Source: Daphnia carinata (Eukaryota). From it: 64,000 bases of DNA. The notes under the pieces are model-generated. The model saw only the letters and a program-made list of their open reading frames with translations, had not been told where the DNA came from and did not search any database. The stretch covers positions 11,966,001 to 12,030,000 of the forward strand of contig NC_081333.1 in the NCBI RefSeq assembly GCF_022539665.2, in the 5' to 3' direction. Made by a program: the position numbers and the translations under genes. Every line of letters begins with the position of its first letter. Within the stretch, counting starts at the first letter, position 1. Shown in pieces: positions 1-10,300 of this stretch.

Positions 1-663
1 CTACATATATCCGAGCGAGTTGTTCACGTATAGTCTATACTATTACGGATACGGGGCACAGCCGAGTGCAACTAACGTTACACGTCGCTTGTCATTTAGA
101 ACTGGGACAAACTTGTGCAAAGTACGCGACTAATCGAAAGTGGCCAACGGGGGGCACAGGCCAAAGAGCACGAAACGAGAAAGTATAGGGTCCGTTAATC
201 ACACAAGGAGGAGTTTCTACGTGATCATCATCAAAGCGTCGTTACATAATCTGGCCAGTGTCTCTGTGATTTACGCAAAATGAGGGGATTCCGACCTTCT
301 TTTAAACTGCAAATTTCAGGTAAGGACGTCACTTCCACCAGATTATCAGATAGCAACGTCAACTTTCTTTTGAATCGATTCGTGATGAATGGCGAAACGT
401 GCTGATCTTTAATGTTCAATATATTACTCAGATGAGTGGCATATGGCCAGGATGATGCTGAAGTGTACACGCCATATTTGTCCAGCGGAAAAAGAAAAAA
501 AAATCCATTAACAAGTTGACAGAGTGTAAGGCTTCCTGCGGAGCACGCGAAACACAAGAGAGAGAGTAGATACAAAGTCTTGGACGTACTGTATGCACTG
601 TCTGTCGTGACGTAGGAAAGTGTTAGGCTATACGTATAGTGTCCTAGTTGCCACGTAGTTGCT

Positions 664-684
664 GTAAAAGAGCGAATTGGGACA
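664..684 (+). repeat. Left terminal inverted repeat
   Basis: Exact reverse complement of 7370-7390. Confidence 0.9.
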
Positions 685-1692
685 CAGGCCCGGTTCCTGC
701 TAATTTGGGACAAAAAACATACATTTCGTCGCATCACGAATGGTATACTGATAGGGGTTCTATTGGGACATCTTATAGGCGAATTATAAACTAAAAGGGG
801 GGTTACGCAATTTATCAAAAGGGCAAAATTTAAAACATAACAATATTCGAGAAAACGGTAATTGAAATCTGTGCGTTTTGCTTGCGGGCGAAAAACCTAA
901 ACAGCGTACGATTTGTTAGCTGACACCTGGACGGCACAGGAAATTTCTAAGGTAAAATTGAAGAAACCCATTAAATAATTATATCAAACAGTAGAGCAAG
1001 TTAAGTTCTACAGATTAAGTACAAGTCTGTCCCATTAAATGCTAGTATTATTCTAATATTACAAACCAGAAAAAACCCCCATTCCTGCTAATTTGGGACA
1101 GCCGACGCTAATTTAGGACACAGATATTTTCGAAAAAAAAAAAAAAAACTTTTTTTCAATATTTTTACATCAATCGACGCAGAATTCAAAAATAAATCGA
1201 TTGATGTAGGATATTTATCCGTTTTTTGAATCATTTTCATAGAAATAACGCAAAAATACTTTAGGGACTTAGAATCTAGTCTGGGTTCATCCACGCAGCT
1301 TTTTTAAAAAATTAATTTACATTCTTTCACTTTTTTTTTCGTAACTTCAAAGCCAATAAACTTTTTATATTTTTAAAGGTAATTCCGTATTTTTTATTTC
1401 ATTTTACCAGTGACTAAACGAGAAATTTTTCGGAAACTGTTGTCCCTTATTGGGACACAAGTTTATTTGTAGTTTTTTTCAGAAATTTCAGTGGTTTTTC
1501 ACGCTTTTCATGTTCCTTTTACTTGTCGTAGAAGAAATTTGTTAATAAGTCATTGGTTTTAAGTAAAAATAAAAAAAAAACTGTTTTGTTGTTCTCGTCA
1601 TAGTCCCATTTGATTGTGCTTTAAGCGAAAGCGCTAATTCTGGACACTGTTTTCGAAGGGCGTGGGGTGGCGGTAATTTTCATATTTTATCT

Positions 1693-1765
1693 TACGACAT
1701 GGCACAGTGGATGAATGCCTGGATGGTGAGACGGAGGTCTGAGGTTCAATTCTCAGCAGCTCAAA
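1693..1765 (+). pseudogene. tRNA-like cassette (A box + B box) in the left arm of the element
   Basis: A box TGGCACAGTGG at 1700-1710 and B box GGTTCAATTCT at 1743-1753, inside a CTGAG..CTCAG hairpin. Cloverleaf incomplete. Confidence 0.6.
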
Positions 1766-1923
1766 TATAATCTTGTGTTTAATTAATACATTCGATGTAT
1801 TTATAGGGACGATAGACGATATCTGCCTATCATGTCAAATAAAATCCCCAAAAAGTAATATTTTTGTCTGCATTTTGGGGTAACATTTAAATAGTATTTA
1901 TAAATAGAAGTTTTATCATCAGA

Positions 1924-1995
1924 AGTTTGGTAGCTCAGAGGTAAAGCATTAGACTCATGATAATAAGGACTGCAGTTCAATGCCAGATAGAAGTT
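1924..1995 (+). pseudogene. Degenerate tRNA-like sequence with a CAT (Met-type) anticodon-like loop
   Basis: TAGCTCAGAGGTAAAGC (A box/D-arm) from 1931, a CT-CAT-GA loop near 1955-1961, and a B-box-like AGTTCAATGCC near 1974-1984. Stems are imperfect. Confidence 0.5.
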
Positions 1996-2119
1996 AAAAC
2001 TGAATAGCTATTTTGCAGAACGCTAGGAAACTATCATACAGCAGTAAACATATAGTGACGAAGTAAAAAATTCTTAATGAGTTTTCTTTTTTCTGCAATT
2101 TTTCTTACAAACTGCGATT

Positions 2120-5100
2120 CAACAATATCGCACGAAATGTGAAAAAATCAAGAATGATGTAAAACAACAACGAAAAACAACAACAGCCATGTAGGGAAAA
2201 TTTATATGAATCTATTAATCGCAATGTTTGTTGATATTGCGTTAGTTGAATATGTCTTTAGTGATTTCAAAATATCTCACACATAGGGAAAAATTGCAAA
2301 TCGATTTAATTGAACTTCGCATGTTGTGCACTGTCGGTATAGAACCATACCATTTGGTGTTAGCAATCCAACGTCTTACCACTACGCCATGGCTAATAAA
2401 TTTTTTTGAAAAGCATAATATGTCACTTAGTATGTAGTCTGCTGTCCCAAATTAGCGTCACGGGGGCTTATGTAAAAAACATAAGAATTGCAATGACTAA
2501 TTAGATTAATATTATCACATGATTTTCATGATAAATTCAACTGCCATGTAGAGGAAAGCTTATCGATTCTATCGATACCAGTGTTTGTTGATATTGCGTT
2601 AGCTCAAGGCGTCATTGAAGATTTAAAAGAATCTCACAAAATGTGATAAAAAGTGAAAAATTTAGGCAAAAGTAAATTTTGATTTTCTACAACTGGAGTT
2701 GAACCATGATTCTTCAGGTTGGCAATCCAACGTCTTACGACTATGCCACCCTTGACATATTGTAACAGAAAACTATAATAAGTCATTTAGTATGTAGTGT
2801 GCTGTCCCAAATTAGCGTCATGGGAGCTTATGCAAAAAACACAAGACTTGCAATCACCGATTAGATGAATATTATAACATGATTTTCACAAAATATTCGA
2901 CAACCATGGAGAGAAAACTTCAACGAATCCATTGATCCTAATATTTTTATATTGTGTTAGTGTAAGGTATCTTAAGTGATTTAAAAATATCTCACAAAAA
3001 ATGGGAAAATTCAAAAAATGAAATAGTAGTGACTGGTCAGTATAGAACCACGATCCTATTGGTTAGCAATCCAACGTCTTACGACTATGCCATCTTGAAT
3101 TAAACATTTTTCAAAAGCATAATATGTCATCTAGTATGTAGTCTGCTGTCCGAAATTAGCGTCACGGGAGCTTATGTAAAACACATAAGAATTGCAATCA
3201 TCGATTAGATGCATATTTTTACATGATTTTCATATGACATTCAATAGCCATGTAGAGAAAACTTAAACGAATCAATCGATCCTAATATTGTTGATATTGC
3301 AGTGGTGTAAGGTATCTTAAGTGATTTTAAAAAATCTAACAAGAACGGGGAAAATGAGGAAAGGAGGATTAAAAAATTTAAAACAATGACTTGACAGTAT
3401 AGAACCATTAACCTTTTGGTCTGGCAATCGAACGTCTTACGACTATGCCATGGTTCACACAAAGAAGTTCAAAAGCATAACATGTCTTTCTGTATGTAGG
3501 CTGCTGTCCCAAATTAGCGTCACGGGAGCTTATGGAAAATAGATAAGAATTACAATCAGCCATTAGATAAGTATTCTCACATGATTTTCATAAAATATTT
3601 AACAGCCATGTAAAGGAAACTTAAACGAATCTATTGATACCAGTATTGATGATATTGCTTTAGTATAAGGTGTACTAAGTGATTTCAAAATATCTCACCA
3701 AATGGCAAAAAATTCAAAAATAAAGAAAAAAAAACTTATATATAGTTCCCATAGAGTATAGATCCTTCAGCCTTTATGTTGGCAATCCAACATCGTACGA
3801 TTATGCCATACTGAATAAAAATATCTTGAAAAGCATAACATGTGTCTTAAAACGTAGTCTGCTGTCCCAAATTAGTGTCATGGGAGCTTATGTAAAAAAC
3901 ATAAGAATTGCGATCACTGATTAGATAAATATTGTGACATGATTTTCACAAAATATTCAACAGCCATGCAGAGAAAACTAAAACAAATCAATTGGCACCA
4001 ATATTATTGATATATCTTTAGTTTAAGGTGTTCTTAGTGATTTCAAAAATATCTCACCAAATAGGAAAATTTCAAAAACGAGAATAAAAAAATTAAATGT
4101 GGTGCCAATGCGGTATAGATCCATCAACCTTTATGTCAGTAACCCACCGTCGTACAGCTAAGCCATGGTTAACACAACTTGACAGAAAAGCCTAGCATGT
4201 CATTTAGTATGTAGTCTGCTGTCCCAAATTAGCGTCATGGGGGCTTATGTGAAAACATAAAAATTGCAATTACCGACTAGATGCATATTTTCACATGATT
4301 TTCATAAAATATTCAACAGCCTTGTAGAGAAAACTTAAACGAATCTATTGATCCTAATTTTATTGATATTGAAGTAGTGTGAGATATCTTTAGTGATTTC
4401 AAAATATCTCACAAAAAAAGGAAAAATAAGGTAATGAGGAAGACGAAAATTGAAAATAGTGTGTTGCCAGTATAGAACCATTGTGCTTCAGGGTGGCAAC
4501 CGAACGTCTTACGACTACGGTATGGTTAACAAAATGTAGTTAAAAAGCATAAAATATCTTTTTGTATGTAGTCTGCTGTCCCAAATTAGCGTCATGGGGC
4601 CTTATGTGAACAACATAAAAATTGCAATCACCGATTAGATGGATATTTCCATATGATTTCTATAAAATATTCAATAGCCATGTAGAGAAAACTTAAACGA
4701 ATCTATTGATCCTAATATTATTGATATTGTAGAGGTGTGAGGTATCTTTAGTGATTTTAAAAAAATCTCGCAAAAAAAGGAAAATGAGCAATTAGGAAAA
4801 CGAAACTTAAAAATAGTGCGTGACAGTATCGAACCACTAACCTTTGGAATCGCAATCGAACGTCTTACGACTATGCCACGGTTAATAAAGTATTATTAAA
4901 AAGTATAACATGTGTTTTTGTATGTAGTCTGCTGTCCCAAATTAGCGTCATGGGGCCTTATGGGAAAAATATAAAAATTGCAATTACCAATTAGATGCAT
5001 ATTTTCACATGATTTTCATAAAATATTCAACAGCCATGTAGAGAAAACTTAAACGTATCTAATGATTATAATATTATTGATATTTTTGTAGTGCGATGTA

Positions 5101-6800
5101 TCGTTAGTGACTTTTAAAATATCTCAAAAAAAAGGAAAAATGAGGAAAATGAAACTTAAAAATAGTTTGTGGACAGCATAGAACCATTATCCTTCAGAGT
5201 GGCAATCGAACGTCTTACGACTATGCCACGGTTAACAAAATATAATCAAAAAGCATAACGTGTCGTTTTGTTTGTAGTCTGCTGTCCCAAATTAGCGTCA
5301 TGGGGCCTTATGTGAAAAACATAAAAATTGCAAATACCGATTAGATGCATATTTTCACATGATTTTCATAAAATATTTAACAGCCATGTAGAGAAAGCTT
5401 AAACGTATCTATTGATCCTAATATTATTGATATTGTAGTAGTGTGAGGTATTTTTAGTGATTTCAAAATATCTCACAAAAAAGGGAAAAATGAGGAAATG
5501 GGGAAAACGAAACTTACAAATAGTGCCTTGACAGTATAGAACCACTAACCTTAACGGTGGCAATCGAACATCTTACGACTCTGCCATGGTTCACAGAAAA
5601 TAACTAAAATGCTTAACATGTCTTTTTTTATGTAGTCTGCTGTCCCAAATTAGCGTCACGGGAGCTTACGTAAAAAATATAAGAATTAAAATCACCCATT
5701 ATATAAATATTTTCATATGATTTTCATAAAATATTTAACAGCCATGTAGAGGAAACTTAAACGAATCTATTTATACCAGTATTGATGATATTGCTTTAGT
5801 TTAAGATGTTCTTATTGATTTTAAAATATCTCATCAAATACGAAAAAATTCAAAAATAAGAAAATACAAGTTGTTGTATAGTTTCCATACGGTATAGAAC
5901 CATTAGCCTTTTGGTTGGCAATTCAACATCTTACGATTATGCCATGGTTAGTATAAAACTATTGAAAAGCATAACATGTCTACTTGTATGTAGTCTACTG
6001 TCCCAAATTAGCGTCACGGGGGCTTATGTAAAAAATATAAGAATTTAAATCATTGGTTAGATGAATATTGTCATATGATTTTCATAAAATATTTAACAGC
6101 CCTGTGGAGAACATTTAAACGAATCTATTAATACCAAGATTTGTTGATATTGCGTTTGTTTAAAGTGTCTTTGGCGATTGTATAAAATCTCACAAAATAA
6201 GATTAAAAATTACAAGTAATAAAAAAACATTTGCACAAGAGCCCCAACTGGTATTGAACCACCAACCTTCGAGTTGGTGTTCCAACACCGTACGACTAAG
6301 CCACTGTTGATTGATAATAGAAACACAACCTACCAACGTTATTTAGTTTATTGTCTGATGTCCCAAATTAGTGCCATGGGAGCTTATGTAAAAAATATGA
6401 AAATTGCAATCACAGGTTAGATGAATATTGTAAGCTGGCTAAGGTGATGAAGTTTCTGATTTATAACCGGAATTTAGGCGAACCCAGGGAAGTAATAATA
6501 ATTGGAAAAATGTTAGCTTTGGATGATTAAAATGAATTAACAATCTCTCTTGAAAAAAAAATTTCGTATGGTTAAAAAGAGTGAGCTGAAATATATAAGC
6601 AAAGAAATACAATCAGTCACTATGTAGGGTTGAACCACCGACTTTCAAACTTGCACGCCAAAGCCTTATGACTGTGCTATGAACGTTTTGTAATTTTTGG
6701 TATACAACTTATACAAATCAATATAGTCTGCTGTCCAGATTTAGCGTCATGGGAACTTATGGGAAAATAGACTAAAATCAGTCAGCAATTAAATGAATAG
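2120..6800. repeat. Tandem array of ~13 diverged units, period ~357 bp
   Basis: The anchor GCTGTCCCAAATTAGCGTCA (or a variant) starts at about 2441, 2801, 3145, 3503, 3861, 4218, 4575, 4931, 5281, 5639, 5997, 6357 and 6730, giving spacings of 344-373 bp. Other shared blocks (CAGCCATGTAGAGAAAACTTAAACGAATC, GTTGATATTG, AATATCTCAC) recur at the same period. Outer boundaries are approximate. Confidence 0.95.
2325..6687 (-). pseudogene. 13 degenerate tRNA-like / Pol III type-2 promoter cassettes, one per repeat unit (~72 nt each)
   Basis: Unit 1 on the minus strand reads CCA-TGGCGTAGTGG-TAAGACGTTGGA-TTGCTAA-CACCAAATGGTAT-GGTTCTATACC: A-box, D-arm-like GCGT..ACGT, an anticodon-loop-like heptamer and a B-box at tRNA spacing. 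Unit 2 has B-box GGTTCAACTCC. The loop triplet is GCC in 7 of 13 units. Acceptor and anticodon stems pair poorly, so these are not intact tRNAs. Confidence 0.7.
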
Positions 6801-7369
6801 TATATGTCTACGTTAGTAACAAATTTTAACGCATTGTTACGAAACAGTCGACGAACATTCTTACGGCGATATTTGGTAGGATAGGGCAAGTTAAAAACAA
6901 TTTTTTTCGGTTTAAAATTTCGGACATTACGGCGTGTTTACGGGAAGTGCTTATGCTTTTTTCTCGAAAATTTGAATCACATTTATTTTTTCGTTTTTAC
7001 CGTGGAACCTATAACCTATTGGCTACTTAAAGAGCGAAGTGTTTAATACAATTTTAAAAATCCATATTTTATGTTTTTGGGGTGAATTTCAATTGCAAGT
7101 TACCAGGCCTGAAAAATGAAGTCTCGTTTTGACAGCTCATTGTTTTGGTTGTTGAAACATAAATTTCGCAATATTTTTCTATTGCACCCCCTTCGGTGTC
7201 TTAAGCTATTCGATTCAGAATTAAAAACTGAATCGAATGAATAAATTAGTTTTTAAAAATAAGACTGTCCAGAATTAGTAGAAATGTCCAATGAATTAGG
7301 GTTTTTGTCCGAAATTAGCAGATCGGCTTTACACGCATTCCCCATAAGAAAGGCTGTTAGCCCAAACGC

Positions 7370-7390
7370 TGTCCCAATTCGCTCTTTTAC
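7370..7390 (-). repeat. Right terminal inverted repeat
   Basis: Exact reverse complement of 664-684. Confidence 0.9.
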
Positions 7391-10300
7391 CTTAATTTGA
7401 AGATTGGATTCGCGTTGTTACACGCACCACATGTTCACCGATGTTACCCTCATTAGCCCCTACGTCATGAAGGATTTGTTTTAACTAACGTTTTTTGGCC
7501 TTTATCTTACGCAAATACGTAATCGGTGATTTGCTGAACGATTAAAATGGATTCAGCGCATGGAGTAGATGACGTGCTTTATCTGTTACATCCAAACGAT
7601 GATTGCGAAACGTCTGAATAAACGATGACGCTGATGACATGTTCTAAACGATGATTTCAGATAGTCGACATCGTTATACGGCTTTCAAAAAAAAAAGGAA
7701 AACGCAAATGCGTCATACGTAGTACATCACACTGTCCGGTTTTGTATATACTGCAGTTCATTGGGTACTGATAATCAAGTCAGTGTGATGGGATAGAAAA
7801 AGAGATGGAAATGATTCGATTTAGATTGTCCAGATTCAAAAAGGGAGAATAAAAAAAGCAGTTATTTTCTTTGTTGTTTGAGACTGAGTTTTTCTCTTGC
7901 GGAAGGAGGCTTATAGATGATAAGTCGTCGAGCAGAGTAGTATCGTTGAAATCTGTGAGCACAATCCTTTTTTGGGAAACTTGATTATACTGATCGGGAT
8001 CATGTCTCATCGCAACTTTGACCAGAATCGTATAAACCTCAGATTTAGTTGTTGAACTCGTTTTTTCTTTACAATTGTATTCTTTAGCTGGCATTCTAAT
8101 GACTATCGACTGCATGGGAGTCATCATACGAAGGTGTAAAAGAACACAAGTACCCGCCAATTAAAAACAGCTTTAAAAATTTATTCGTTTTCGTAGTTTT
8201 TTATATTTTTCATTCTGTTTAGCTTGCTTGAAACTTCTGAAAAATCTTTTCAATCCTAACTTCATGATCCCCGACTCTTAAACTTCATTTAGCTCGCCTG
8301 ACAAGGCATGCCATTTTCCTATCAAAACGAACTGCTGTAGCACCAGTTCAAATTGCTAAAATCCCCCCGTGGCCTCAAAAGAAACTTGTCAGGGAACGTA
8401 TATACTATAAAGGTAGCAGTTATTGGAGAACTTTTTTTAGGGAAAAAAATATAGATATTTAAATATGAATATGCTTGTGTTATCCGGATGTTTCGCTAAT
8501 GAACAAGTTTCGTCCAAACCTGAAATTTCAAACCCTATTTAGCAAACTTGCGTGCATCGGCCTATACCTAAAACATTCAAAACTATTGGGACAAAAACTT
8601 GGTTGAAATAACTTCATCATACAAATCGTACAGTATGATCTCTATTAAAACAAATGAATTGGTGGATACCTTAAGAAACTTTTGCACAGCCAACTTGAAA
8701 TCTAGCGTCGTTTAAAAGATTCCATCGTTTAAAATTGGTGTTATAGCTTCACAGGGGGGAAAGGATAGCCATCATTATCAGCCTAATAGAAAAGTAATAG
8801 GCTAAAGCGGTAAAGTCACATGATGGGTGAGCGTCCCAATAGAGAAAAGAGATAAGTGTATTTACAGTGTTGGGATATATATATTTATAGACAGAGTAAG
8901 CGGATCGAGCTGAACAAGGAATTAGTCCATCATGGCGTTCGATCCCGTCCCCACTATATTAAAAGGCAGGGCTATGGGAGAATCGGATAAAATAAAAAGC
9001 GTCGGCGTGCGAGATACGCCTGCGACTCGAGTAGTAATGCGCAAGCCATTAATGAGACTGCGTTTCTCGGGTCGACCATCAAAGGATATATAAAGAGTGG
9101 ATAAGGAAAAAAGAAAACGAAAGGCGTTATCATAGCCCATGTACTAACTGTAATAGCGAGCCGATCTATCAATTATTTTTTCCCTTTTAAGTCGTCCGTG
9201 TCTTTATATAAATACATATTTTATTTTCCTACAACTTTGAGTTTTGAACAAAGAAACTTTGAAGAAGAGTTTGACTTCTTTTTGCCCTCCTTCAAAGCCT
9301 TGTCGACTACACCGGAATAATTACTAATGTTTCCCGTCGGCTGGCACGATGACGGCAATGTTGCTGATATGAATTCTTCAAAAACGCTGCGAGTTTTTTG
9401 TGTGAACACGGCAGATGCATTGCGACTTGCTTGACTCTCGTCACACTTTCTGAACGAGGGAATGTTCTCATTTGCATTATTAAACGGAGCTAACGTCGTC
9501 TATATGTGTTGAAAGAGAGTGCGTCATCATCAAAGCCACGCGCAGAGAAACAAAATTTGAATTAAGATAAAAGCCAAGCAACCACAAAGGATGAATTACG
9601 CAGATTTGTATAATGGCTCACGAATAAAATATCCATTCTTTTGAGCATTGGAATGCAGCAGAGCCAGTAATCAATGTGCACTTTCCCAGTGAAAAGATCC
9701 TGCAAAAATGAGAACGGTCGTGACAGTCTACGTATATGTCTGCCATCACGGACCGCAGACGCTCGTCCTGGAACGACCCCCAGCCGTACTCAAAGACCAA
9801 GATGATACAAGAACTCATCAGATATGTCTTCCTCAATAGAACCTCTACCAGGGTGATGCTCTTTGAGCCACACCATAATGTTTAATTGAATATTTTCTTT
9901 TTTTTTTTTTCGTTTGCTTTAGTTTATATTTTTTTTATATCAACGACGAAGACATGAAACAGAATGCGAGATAGATCCTCTTGAGCTATACATCATTAGA
10001 TTAGGTTAAAGCCTTACCTGGAATGTTGTTGTCTAGAATCCTAGAGAAGCATAGCCCTCGGTAAGCTAATAATGTTTAAGTGAATTAACTCGTTGTAAAT
10101 AACCAGTCCGTGGCTGGCGAATAGCCAATAAGCCAAATCTTCTTTGCTTCCTGAAAGAAGCTAAGGCCTTTTTTTCTTTTTCAGTCTAAACAACAAAAAA
10201 ATATGAAGAAATTGGTTCGTGAACAGAGTCAACGACCTCGTGTAGAGTTAAACACAGGAAAAAAGCCTCGCATCATTCGCGGCAGACTAGCAACAATACA

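Larger units (their letters stand above)
664..7390. mobile_element. Non-autonomous TIR DNA transposon-like element (~6.7 kb) carrying an internal tandem array of tRNA-like cassettes; superfamily unassigned
   Basis: Perfect 21-bp inverted repeats: GTAAAAGAGCGAATTGGGACA at 664-684 and TGTCCCAATTCGCTCTTTTAC at 7370-7390. A second inverted pair is CTGCTAATTTGGGACAAAAA (~697-716) versus TTTTTGTCCGAAATTAGCAG (~7301-7321). Sub-terminal motifs face opposite ways in the two arms. No long ORF inside. The right end is followed by C-TTAA, but no matching TSD is visible on the left. Confidence 0.8.

Noticed and set aside
231..818. 195-aa minus-strand ORF as a possible transposase or gene
   Set aside because: It crosses the element boundary, lacks an ATG start and has no recognisable domain.
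2325..6687. Functional tRNA gene cluster
   Set aside because: Acceptor and anticodon stems do not pair consistently and the D-loop GG is usually CG, so these are reported as tRNA-like cassettes only.
2120..6800. CRISPR-like alternation of conserved and variable segments
   Set aside because: The period is ~357 bp, the variable parts are homologous between units rather than unique spacers, there are no cas genes, and the context is eukaryotic.
9221..9840. Possible minus-strand exons (open frame ~9500-9221 after an AG, and ORF 9618-9836)
   Set aside because: No recognisable protein similarity, and no consistent multi-exon model could be built. It cannot be excluded without transcript data.
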